A stretch of 64,000 nt of DNA from Anaerolineales bacterium (GCA_036477195.1 JAZGCZ010000033.1:3357-67356); one strand, 5' to 3'; counted from the first letter of the stretch, positions 35,387 to 43,696 are shown. Numbers and translations: made by a program. Notes: generated by a model from the letters alone, not told the origin.

Positions 35387-36580
35387 GTGGAAACCAGGTC
35401 TGCAATAACAATATTGCTGCTGGGAGGCGCAATTGCCGGCTGCTCGTCCGAACAGCCAATTGCCCCTCAGATTGAACCAGTGGAGCAATCAGCCGTGATT
35501 CCTGATGTAGTCGAGCTTGAATCACTGGAGGAGCTACCGACTGTGGTTTCTCCCACCGATGTGCCCCCCACCCCCGCCCAATTATTTTCTGGTGCGCCAA
35601 GTACACAGTCCCCAACCGTAGCAGATGGCCCCGCACAGTTGGGGGCTGGAATGCTTCATCTTCAGGCCGAGATTCCCATCGTCCGCAGCGATTTTGGCGT
35701 GAGATTCGCTTTCTCGCCAAGTGATGATGTGTTGCTTCATTCGGGTGCTGGTTTACAAATTCAGCGAGTGGATTGGCAAAATAGCCAGAGTCTTGACGTA
35801 ATTACTGGATTTGAGAATTACCCGCCGATAACCATATCCCTCTCCCCAGACGGGTCATCCATAGTTGCGGATGATGGGCCGACGATCAGAGTATGGGATT
35901 CCCAGAGCGGTGCGCCCGTGGAACAGCTGCAGCTATCGCCGATATCCACCATCATCGATGCCGGCTTCCAGGGAGAAGATGTTTATTTTGCGGTGGATTT
36001 CTACGGCAACGTGGCGTTATGGGATCCAAATGGCTGGGGCGAGATCAGCCGATTTAGCTCTCCAGGCCGTATCGACTCGGGTCTACTTTTTCCGAGCGGG
36101 CAGGCGGTGGCCCTACAGGACCGCGACCGGCACGAAATCTTGATTCTTGACTTGGAAGGTCAGAATATCGGATCGATCCCAATACGCGAGCAGATTGCGC
36201 AGATGCTGTATGGATCCCCGGCGGCAGATCGCATCATGCTCCATGTAAACCGCGGGCTTCCGTCCGAGGGAATCAAGATCGTATCAGTGGAAACCGGAGA
36301 ATCCGAACTCGAAATTCCTCTGCTGAATTTTCGCTACTTTGCAGTTTCGAACGAGTGGGATGTGTTAGCGGCCATGGACGTATTCAATCGGCTCAGGATT
36401 TACAGCCTTCCGGAGGGCAACCTTCTCCTCGAGCAGCAACTCGAAGGAGTTGTCCGCACGCTCGGGCTGGCTATGTCGCCGAGCGGAAGCCACTTAGCGG
36501 CCTATGTGCTGAAGGGACCTGGCGAAGGTGGCGCAATTCAGATTTGGGGACCGGGCGAACCTCAAGCTAGCTTGCCCTGA
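35387..36580 (+). CDS. Putative lipoprotein with a beta-propeller (WD40-like) repeat region
   Basis: 397 aa with a GTG start. The lipobox is ILLLGGAIAGC. The C-terminal two-thirds has recurring ...SPDGS..., ...WD... blade-like segments. Confidence 0.55.
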   Translation: METRSAITILLLGGAIAGCSSEQPIAPQIEPVEQSAVIPDVVELESLEELPTVVSPTDVPPTPAQLFSGAPSTQSPTVADGPAQLGAGMLHLQAEIPIVRSDFGVRFAFSPSDDVLLHSGAGLQIQRVDWQNSQSLDVITGFENYPPITISLSPDGSSIVADDGPTIRVWDSQSGAPVEQLQLSPISTIIDAGFQGEDVYFAVDFYGNVALWDPNGWGEISRFSSPGRIDSGLLFPSGQAVALQDRDRHEILILDLEGQNIGSIPIREQIAQMLYGSPAADRIMLHVNRGLPSEGIKIVSVETGESELEIPLLNFRYFAVSNEWDVLAAMDVFNRLRIYSLPEGNLLLEQQLEGVVRTLGLAMSPSGSHLAAYVLKGPGEGGAIQIWGPGEPQASLP

Positions 36581-36601
36581 GCCCAGCCTCTGGCCTCTGA
36601 A

Positions 36602-36693
36602 CCCAATCACGGAACCCTAGATTCAACCTCTGCTAGGCTCTTGGCCCAATCACGGAACCCTTGATTCAACCACTGCTAGGCTCTTGGCCCAAT
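36602..36693. repeat. Tandem 43-bp intergenic repeat (2 full units, a 6-bp start of a third, and a degenerate upstream unit)
   Basis: Units 36602-36644 and 36645-36687 differ at 2 positions. CCCAAT at 36688-36693 begins a third unit. The array lies between convergent genes ending at 36580 and 36702. Confidence 0.85.
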
Positions 36694-36701
36694 TCCTGAG
36701 C

Positions 36702-37856
36702 TTATCGTCCAAAGATAGACGTCTGGGGATGATAGGCTGCCCAACCGTACCACTCCGTCACAAACGAGGTCACAAATTCAAGCTGCGAGCCTGTATGCGG
36801 GCCGCTGGTTGCCTTCCCCGAGATATCCCATGTTGATCCGCCCGAGTCGGTAATCTGTCCTCCTTCGACCGTTAGATCAAGCGGCTCCCCGTCTAAATCA
36901 GGCTTAAAGGCCAGCCCAAAATTGCTTTCCGGATCGAGAAATACGACAATTGGTGTCCCCCCAAGCTCATCTTCAAGTACTTGCAATCCAGCTTCAAAAT
37001 CGGCTATGACGTATGCACGATATTCAGACCCTAAATTTGCACCCAGAACCAACTCGTTTTGAGGGAGCCGGTCGTCCCAATTGAGGATTGTGGCTTGGAA
37101 CTGAGGTCCAAGCCCACTTCTGCCGGGTTCGATGCTCCGGTACCGAGCAGAATATTCAGGATACCAATCCAATACGGTGGTCTCCGGATGTGCTGCCTTC
37201 CACTCTGCCCAGGTGGTATGAACGATCGGCTGCAACTCGAGCGACAGCCCCTCTCCCGCTAGTGGGCCATTGAGGATCGACCCATCAAAGTGCGTCCAGA
37301 CAGACCCCGTCTGTCGATCGGCCATGACAAACAGCCCGTTGTAGAGGCCCACCACATCGAAGGTGTAGAGGGTTCCATCGATCTCGGGGTTGAAACCAAC
37401 CCCGCTTGAACAAACCGCTCAATAAGTGACGAGGTAAGGCTCGCCGCCAATCTGATCGTTGGCGATATGATGGTATGCCATCTGGGAGATGGGATAGGCT
37501 CGAGCCTCATCCCCAACTGCTACCCCTAGTATTAGCTCCTCAGGAGCCAGCCATGTTGCCTGTGAGGCTGGAATCACCGCCGGATCATCCAAAACAATAA
37601 AGCCCGATCCTGGGCCGATGCTCAGCCCGCCCGGGTCAAATTGCGACTGAGGCGATGAAGCTGTTGTTTCACTCGTTGCCTGCTGGGGCGGTGCGGCGGA
37701 TGTTTCAGTTGATGCCAGCTGAGGCGAGGAGGCCGATGTTTCAGTAGATGCAATGAGCTCAAGGCCTTCCGGTTCTCCTGTCGACGGGCTGGCACACGCA
37801 GTCGCGACAACGGCCAGCAGCAGTAAGCCAAGCGACCTGTTCGTCTGCATGTTCAT
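36702..37856 (-). CDS. DUF3179-family lipoprotein with an in-frame TGA (codon 146): candidate selenoprotein with a U-x-x-C motif
   Basis: There is one continuous frame across the track ORFs 37419..38261 and 36702..37355: ...GGEPYLVTY-TGA-AVCSSGVGFNPEIDGTLYTFDVVGLYNGLFVMADRQTGSVW... The start was chosen at MNMQTNRSLGLLLLAVVATAC (37856), because the longer track ORF overlaps mvaD. See the first finding. Confidence 0.7.
37385..37404 (-). promoter_or_regulatory. SECIS-like hairpin 14 nt downstream of the in-frame UGA
   Basis: The minus-strand RNA CGGGGUU-GGUUUC-AACCCCG forms a 7-bp perfect stem, or an 8-bp stem with a GUUU loop. The apical loop contains G and U, and the distance from the UGA to the loop is 21 nt. 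Confidence 0.5.
37644..37751 (-). repeat. In-frame 3 x 36-bp tandem repeat in the linker of the DUF3179 protein
   Basis: Units are 37644-37679, 37680-37715 and 37716-37751. They encode ASTETSASSPQL / ASTETSAAPPQQ / ATSETTASSPQS just after the lipoprotein signal. Confidence 0.7.
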
Positions 37857-37938
37857 CGATGTTATTTTGACCTGACTATGTCTGATCTGTGTAATCCACA
37901 TGTAAACGATCCGTAAGCGCACGCCTGTTTCCGTGTGG

Positions 37939-37947
37939 TGGTAGACT
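37939..37947 (+). promoter_or_regulatory. Candidate extended -10 promoter (TGgTAGACT) giving a near-leaderless mvaD transcript
   Basis: The -10 box ends at 37947 and the ATG is at 37957, with no SD. Confidence 0.35.
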
Positions 37948-37956
37948 CGCCGCCCC

Positions 37957-38925
37957 ATGAATTCAGAGGCGATCGCGCACCCTAATATCGCGCTAATTAA
38001 GTATTGGGGAAATCGAGACGACGAGCTGCGCATCCCGGCAAATGGATCGATCTCCCTGACTCTGGGGGGCCTGGAAAACCGGATGTCCGTGCAATTCGAT
38101 GGAGACTTGGATGCAGACACGCTCCTCATCAACGACGCCCCTGCAGAGCCTGTGATGCTTGAGCGCGCTAGCAAGCATTTGGATCTTCTGCGCGGCATGG
38201 CGGGCGTCAAAGATGGCGCGCACCTGGAGAGCGTAACAGACTTCCCAATTGGAGGGGGCATTGCCTCGTCTGCGGCTGCCTTCGCAGCACTAACCGTTGC
38301 GGCGGCCTCCGCGCTTCAGCTGGAATTAGACCAAGATGAGCTTTCTCGGATCGCTCGGCGAGGCTCTGGGTCTGCCGCGCGCTCGATTCACGGGGGATTT
38401 GTCGAGCTGTTGGCAGGAGATTCCGACCAGGCCTGCTATGCGCAGCAGATCGCACCTGAGGAGCATTGGCAGATCATCGATCTCATAGTCATCGTTGACG
38501 AAGGAGTGAAACACACCGGGTCTTCCGCCGGGCACATGTTAGCTTCATCAAGCCCGCTGCAGGAAACGCGCGTTGCAGATACTCCTCGGCGGTTGCTGGC
38601 TTGCCGAAATGCCATATTGGAACGGGATTTTCAGTCTTTGACCCAGATCGTGGAGCAGGACAGCGACATGATGCATGCCATTATGATGACATCAGAGCCA
38701 CCTCTTCACTTCTGGAGCGGAGGTTCTTTGCAGGTCATGGCCGCCGTCCGCGATCTCAGAGCAGAGGGAGTATCTGTCTTCTATACGATCGACGCCGGCC
38801 CAAACGTACACTGCTTATGCCTTCCAGAAGGCGAGAATGACGTTCTGCAGACCCTTAAAAAACATGAAAACGGGCCCTGGAAAGTGCTCAGAGCACAGGC
38901 AGGGCCCGCCGCACGGATGGTATGA
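37957..38925 (+). CDS. mvaD: Diphosphomevalonate decarboxylase family protein (could be a phosphomevalonate decarboxylase)
   Basis: 322 aa. IALIKYWGNRD...PANGSISLTL...GGGIASSAAAFAAL...SGSAARSIHGGFVE matches GHMP-kinase-fold MVD signatures. Confidence 0.85.
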   Translation: MNSEAIAHPNIALIKYWGNRDDELRIPANGSISLTLGGLENRMSVQFDGDLDADTLLINDAPAEPVMLERASKHLDLLRGMAGVKDGAHLESVTDFPIGGGIASSAAAFAALTVAAASALQLELDQDELSRIARRGSGSAARSIHGGFVELLAGDSDQACYAQQIAPEEHWQIIDLIVIVDEGVKHTGSSAGHMLASSSPLQETRVADTPRRLLACRNAILERDFQSLTQIVEQDSDMMHAIMMTSEPPLHFWSGGSLQVMAAVRDLRAEGVSVFYTIDAGPNVHCLCLPEGENDVLQTLKKHENGPWKVLRAQAGPAARMV

Positions 38926-38955
38926 ATGGTCCGCTTACCGCTCCGGCAGGCCGAA

Positions 38956-38964
38956 TGATATAAT
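38956..38964 (+). promoter_or_regulatory. Candidate extended -10 promoter (TGaTATAAT) for rseP
   Basis: TG at 38956-38957 and TATAAT at 38959-38964, 39 nt before the ATG at 39004. Confidence 0.35.
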
Positions 38965-39003
38965 CGGGCGAATTTTCCAAAGTGGCGTCGAAAAGCTTTT
39001 CAG

Positions 39004-40053
39004 ATGACTGATTTTCTGCTATTTGCCCTTGTGTTGGGTGCTCTCATTGTTGGCCACGAATTTGGCCACTTTATCGCCGCGCGCCTCACGAATGTGAAGG
39101 TCAAGGAATTCGGACTAGGATTTCCGCCCCGCCTTGTGACGCTGTTTACAGCAGGCGGAACCCGTTTTACTCTAAACTTGATCCCACTGGGTGGATTTGT
39201 CCGCCCTGTTGGTGAAGATGATCCAACCGTCGAAGGTGGACTGGCTGGCGCGAACAAGCGAACTCGGGCTGCGGTCTTAATCGCCGGTCCGCTTGCCAAT
39301 ATTTTTCTGGCGATGCTTGCATTCTCGGCGGCCTATAAGTTCGCAGCTCCCGACCCAGAAAGAGTCCTAATTACGAGCGTGGAACCGGGCTCTCCCGCCG
39401 CGTCAGCCGGCGTGATGAGAAACGACATCATTTTGGCAGTAGACCAGATTGAAATTAATGACTTTGATATCTTGCAGGTCGCCATCAATGATCGGCTCGG
39501 TGTGTCCACCACCCTCTATGTTCAGCGGGGCGAAGATATTTTGAGTCTTCCGATGACGCCTCGGCTTGAGCCGCCAGAAGGTCAGGGCCCAGTAGGTATC
39601 ACGCTTGGGAACCCGACTCGAGCGGTTGGATGGATAGAAGCGATCGGGTTGGGTTTGAATTCCACGCGATTTCAGTTTGCCGAGATGGTTCACCTCCCTA
39701 GTCGGCTGATTCGGGGTGAGCTTGAACCGGAACAGGCCCGCATCAGCGGTCTCAAGGGTATGTATGACATGATGGTCTGGGCCGGCCAAATCGATCGGAC
39801 CTCTCAGCGACCGTTTCTAACCTTGAATTTGATCGGCGTCATCAGCGCGGGTTTGGCCTTAGCAAACCTATTGCCGATTCCGGCCCTGGACGGCGGCAGG
39901 TTGATGTTTGTGGCATTCGAGGCCGTATTTGGTAGGCGAGTACCTCCACAGCACGAGGGGCTTGCGCACACGCTAGGTTTCATGGTCTTGCTAGCTCTTA
40001 TTATTTACGTGAACCTGCAGGACTTCATTAACCCTATCGCTCTCCCCAGGTAG
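39004..40053 (+). CDS. rseP: Site-2 (M50) intramembrane zinc metalloprotease with a PDZ domain
   Basis: 349 aa. It has the HEFGHFIAARL (HExxH) motif in TM1, a PDZ-like segment (VEPGSPAASAGVMRNDIILAVD), and C-terminal LPIPALDGG. Confidence 0.85.
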   Translation: MTDFLLFALVLGALIVGHEFGHFIAARLTNVKVKEFGLGFPPRLVTLFTAGGTRFTLNLIPLGGFVRPVGEDDPTVEGGLAGANKRTRAAVLIAGPLANIFLAMLAFSAAYKFAAPDPERVLITSVEPGSPAASAGVMRNDIILAVDQIEINDFDILQVAINDRLGVSTTLYVQRGEDILSLPMTPRLEPPEGQGPVGITLGNPTRAVGWIEAIGLGLNSTRFQFAEMVHLPSRLIRGELEPEQARISGLKGMYDMMVWAGQIDRTSQRPFLTLNLIGVISAGLALANLLPIPALDGGRLMFVAFEAVFGRRVPPQHEGLAHTLGFMVLLALIIYVNLQDFINPIALPR

Positions 40054-40061
40054 AAACCAAA

Positions 40062-41012
40062 ATGGAAGAGTCCTTCGTTGATCTGCTTCATTCGCTGACC
40101 AACGAGAAGGTAGATAAAGTCCGCCTGACAGCCTTGTCGGATCTGGACCAGGGGAGGTTCGGGAGTTTTGTCGGTACCTGGGAGCACCTCCCACCGGATC
40201 GGCGCCAAGCCCTTCTGGAACAGCTCGGTCTGCTTGCGGATGCGCAAGTCGAGCTGAACTTCGAATCAATCAATCGCTTCGCCCTGGATGATTCGGAGCC
40301 CACTGTCCGTCAGCAGGCCATAGAAAATCTCTGGGAAAGCGAGGACCCCGGACTCGCCCGCAGCTTCCTCCACTTGTTGAATGACGACCCCTCGAATGCT
40401 GTGAGAGGCACCGCTGGGAAGGCGCTTCGGGCCTTTGTATTCATTGCAGAAACAAGGAAGCTAGAACCAGGCATTCGGCGCGAGATGGAAGAGGCGCTCC
40501 TGCTTGCGGCTCGCGTAGATTCGAGCGGCGAGGTTCGCGATCTCTGTCTCCGATCACTCGGATATTCGTCGCGACCCGAGGTGCCAGAATTGATTAAGGA
40601 AGCTTACGCCGCGCAAAGTGAATCCAGGATTGCGGCCGCGTTGTGCGCGATGGCGCGCTCTGCAAACCCTGACTGGGGGGAAAGCGTGATAGCTCGCCTG
40701 CACGACGGATTCCCAATCATTAGGTTGGAGGCGGTCCGTGCCGCGGGCGATATCGAACTGCGCGAGAGCGTTTCCGACCTGATCGATCTACTTGAAGACA
40801 TAGATGATCCCGTGCGTCGAGCAGCGATGTGGTCGTTGGGGCAGATCGGTGGGCCGAAGGCCTCAGACGCGCTCAATTCATTGGCCGAGAAAGATCTTGA
40901 CGAGAACGAGCAGGAAATACTCAATGATGCGATCGACAACCTCGTTTTCCTCGAGGGCGCACTAGACCTATCTAATTTAGATCAGGATAATCCCCAGGAC
41001 CTATTAGCTTGA
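40062..41012 (+). CDS. HEAT-repeat protein
   Basis: 316 aa. Recurrent ...VR..A...LG... helical repeats are present, for example DDPVRRAAMWSLGQIGGPKASDAL. Confidence 0.7.
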   Translation: MEESFVDLLHSLTNEKVDKVRLTALSDLDQGRFGSFVGTWEHLPPDRRQALLEQLGLLADAQVELNFESINRFALDDSEPTVRQQAIENLWESEDPGLARSFLHLLNDDPSNAVRGTAGKALRAFVFIAETRKLEPGIRREMEEALLLAARVDSSGEVRDLCLRSLGYSSRPEVPELIKEAYAAQSESRIAAALCAMARSANPDWGESVIARLHDGFPIIRLEAVRAAGDIELRESVSDLIDLLEDIDDPVRRAAMWSLGQIGGPKASDALNSLAEKDLDENEQEILNDAIDNLVFLEGALDLSNLDQDNPQDLLA

Positions 41013-41920
41013 GCCTGCTGCTCGAGCTCTTTGCCAACAATATCCTTCCAATCCTTTTGGTGGCGAGCCTCGGCTTCCTGGTTCAGAAGCTGCTCAAACT
41101 CGATCCCCGCCCTCTTTCGCAAGTCACGTTCTATATTCTTTCGCCGGCATTGGTCTTTACGCTTCTGCTCTCGGCGGAGATTAAAGGGGGTCAGGTGCTT
41201 TCCATGGTGGGCTTCGCAGCGGCGGTTGTGCTGCTGACGGTCGGTGTGGGTTTCGCCATAGGCAGGATTCTCAGGCTAAAGGGTAAGCGTGCGGCTGGAT
41301 TTCTCTTGACCGCAGCCTTTATGAACGCTGGCAACTACGGCCTGTCACTCAATCAATTTGCCTTTGGGGACGTGGGCCTAGCGCTCGCCAGCATCTACTT
41401 TGTTGTCACTGTCATGCTGACCAATTCGCTGGGCGTATACATCGCCGCGAGCGGGGGTGGCAGCGCGCTCCAAGCCCTCAAGGGATTGGCCAAAGTTCCT
41501 GCTGTGTACGCTGTACCATTGGCGCTTATTTTCCGCACCCTCGATATTGCGGTCCCGCTGGCCCTCGGCAGGCCGCTCGAGCTGTTATCGCTCGCCACAA
41601 TACCGGTCATGCTTTTGTTGCTTGGAATGCAGATCGCTCGGACGGGTATTCCGCCTCACAGAAAGTTGCTTAGCGTGAGCGTGGCAATCAAGCTGCTGGT
41701 CGCGCCAGCTATAGCGCTCCTGATTTCGCCCCTATTTGGACTTGAAGGTCTGGCACGCGATGTGGGTGTTCTGCAATCCGCAATGCCTACTGCTGTGTTG
41801 ACTACCATAATTGCCATTGAATACGATGCGGAAGCGGCCTTTGTGACTGGCGCCGTCTTGGTCACAACGCTGCTCAGCCCATTGACGCTAACGCCCCTCA
41901 TGGCCATCCTCCTCGGCTAA
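41009..41920 (+). CDS. AEC (auxin efflux carrier) family transporter
   Basis: 303 aa with about 10 TM. The N-terminus LFANNILPILLVASLGFLVQK and the overall layout are typical of the AEC/malonate-permease family. Its start overlaps the preceding stop by 4 nt. Confidence 0.8.
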   Translation: MSLLLELFANNILPILLVASLGFLVQKLLKLDPRPLSQVTFYILSPALVFTLLLSAEIKGGQVLSMVGFAAAVVLLTVGVGFAIGRILRLKGKRAAGFLLTAAFMNAGNYGLSLNQFAFGDVGLALASIYFVVTVMLTNSLGVYIAASGGGSALQALKGLAKVPAVYAVPLALIFRTLDIAVPLALGRPLELLSLATIPVMLLLLGMQIARTGIPPHRKLLSVSVAIKLLVAPAIALLISPLFGLEGLARDVGVLQSAMPTAVLTTIIAIEYDAEAAFVTGAVLVTTLLSPLTLTPLMAILLG

Positions 41921-42022
41921 TTTCAAGTCTCCAGCCCAAGCGGCTTTCCTTTCAAGCGTTCAGTCTAGGCGAGGATCTGATTGAATGGAGTCAGAGTGGG
42001 TGTGAGCTTCGTGGAGTTATTG

Positions 42023-43639
42023 CTAGAAAGTTCGGGAGCCGATCGCGCTGGTCATCCGCTCGGATTCCGCCTTGGAAGAGCGCCACACTAAGTTAGCGTG
42101 GCCTTCACGGGCCGAAATCGCAAAGGCAAATGCGGCGCCGATACCAGGGCGCGCCCTGAGCTGTCGATAGAACTCGAGATATTGATTCGCTTTTGTTGAA
42201 TTTGGTAGATTTTCCGCGGGGTTTCCGAATTCAGTTACAAACAGTAACTTATCCGGATATCGCAATCGATATTCCTCATATGCTTGACCGCCCGATAGCT
42301 GCTCCATGGCATTTGCAGTCGTCCAGTAGCTATTTAACCCAACCCAATCTGCTCCAAGAATGCCTCCGTCCGCCCCTTCCAGGAAGTGATATTGATCCTC
42401 CCGCTTACCAGGCACTAATTTTCCAGGCGAGAGCCCCGGAAAACCAAGCTTCGCATCTGGGAAATGATCATGAAGCCGGTCGATCACTTCCTGAAACCAG
42501 ATCCCAAAACCAGCGCCATCGAGCCAGGTTCTCCCCCAACCAGCGCTTTGCAAGTTCGGGTTCGGTGCCAGCTCGAAATAACGGACGTCTTGACGATAGA
42601 GAGCCGCCATGCCCTTCTGCACGATCGAAACAAAGCGTTTCGGGAAAATCTGGTCGTCGCTGAAATCAGCCTCCAGCCTGGCCATCAGGAAGATAGCTGG
42701 CAGGATCTCGCGCAATCTCTTTATCATCTCATCAGATTCACTTAGATCAATAACCAACGCCTCAAGGCGAGCATCCTCGATCACGCGAAAGTCATCCTCG
42801 CCAAGTCCCTCACCGATTCGTCCATGCGCTCCGATCAAGCATTTGCCCGGTCCCCACAACTCGACGGTTTTAGGCCAGGCAGTATCAGGCCAGACCAGGT
42901 ATTCCGTGGGGTCGATAATGTCCTTTGGATAGTTTGTCTCGCCTGATTCAGTTGCATGGTCCTGCTTGAGGCTCAAGTGCAGGTGTGACCCCACAGAAGC
43001 ACCCGTGGAATCTGCATTTCCGATCACTTGACCGGCTTCAACATGCTGTCCAATCTCGACCTCCGCTCGCGCCAAGTGGCCATAAATCGTGCGGAACCCG
43101 CCTTGATGCCGAACTCGGACGTGAATCCCGTATGCCTGCCCCTTAGGGTTTCTCTCGACTCGGTAAACATCGCCTTCTGCACAAGCGAAGATCTTTGTAT
43201 TGGGAAGGGCGCGAATGTCCACCCCCTCATGGCCCGGCATTCCGAATCGACTGTAGATCCGCGGGTTAGCACCGAATCGTTGAGTGATCACAGGATACTC
43301 GGTCGGCCACAGCATGTAGAACGGACGGTCCTTCTGACCAAATCGATCCTCTTCGGAGACTCGTCGTTCGAGCTCAGTCTCAAGCGAGGCCGGATCGGCT
43401 ACCTCGATGGGATCCAGCATAACTTCAGGGTGATTGCTTGCGAACCATGCCTGAATATCTCTCGACTCCGCAAAGGCCCCTATCGGATTGGGGAAGGAAA
43501 TAACTTGTCGTGGAGCCATATACCGAGCGGCTGCCGAAGGATCTGGCGTGAGGTGTGCGCCGAACGTTAGAACATAGCTGCGGCAAGCCCTCACCCATTC
43601 CCAATAATTCTGCTGAGGGAGTAGAAGGATCTGAAACAC
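42023..43639 (-). CDS. M23 (LytM-type) peptidase domain protein with a large C-terminal domain of unknown (possibly TIM-barrel hydrolase-like) fold
   Basis: 538 aa with a GTG start. The M23 core is GMPGHEGVDIRA...GIHVRVRH...TIYGHLA...GSHLHLSL. I see no obvious signal peptide. Confidence 0.75.
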   Translation of the reverse strand: MFQILLLPQQNYWEWVRACRSYVLTFGAHLTPDPSAAARYMAPRQVISFPNPIGAFAESRDIQAWFASNHPEVMLDPIEVADPASLETELERRVSEEDRFGQKDRPFYMLWPTEYPVITQRFGANPRIYSRFGMPGHEGVDIRALPNTKIFACAEGDVYRVERNPKGQAYGIHVRVRHQGGFRTIYGHLARAEVEIGQHVEAGQVIGNADSTGASVGSHLHLSLKQDHATESGETNYPKDIIDPTEYLVWPDTAWPKTVELWGPGKCLIGAHGRIGEGLGEDDFRVIEDARLEALVIDLSESDEMIKRLREILPAIFLMARLEADFSDDQIFPKRFVSIVQKGMAALYRQDVRYFELAPNPNLQSAGWGRTWLDGAGFGIWFQEVIDRLHDHFPDAKLGFPGLSPGKLVPGKREDQYHFLEGADGGILGADWVGLNSYWTTANAMEQLSGGQAYEEYRLRYPDKLLFVTEFGNPAENLPNSTKANQYLEFYRQLRARPGIGAAFAFAISAREGHANLVWRSSKAESERMTSAIGSRTF

Positions 43640-43668
43640 GGCGTGATTATACAGATCAAGCCGAGAAT

Positions 43669-43696
43669 CAAAAGGCCCGCCTGAAACGGCGGGCCT
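43669..43696 (-). terminator. Rho-independent terminator downstream of the 135-aa gene
   Basis: A 9-bp stem, AGGCCCGCC (43673-43681) with GGCGGGCCT (43688-43696), is followed on the minus strand by TTTTG. Confidence 0.6.

Noticed and set aside
37355-37421. Reading the split DUF3179 gene as a pseudogene (nonsense mutation) or a sequencing error.
   Set aside because: This cannot be fully excluded without reads. It is disfavoured for four reasons. The frame is preserved on both sides. The only defect is one TGA, exactly at the first Cys of the family CxxC position. A perfect hairpin follows at SECIS-compatible spacing. selB is present in the same window.
37857-38261. The N-terminal 135 codons of track ORF 37419..38261 as part of the DUF3179 gene.
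   Set aside because: This part overlaps the divergent mvaD gene (37957..38925) and has no protein-like features. A lipoprotein signal sequence begins at the internal ATG at 37856.
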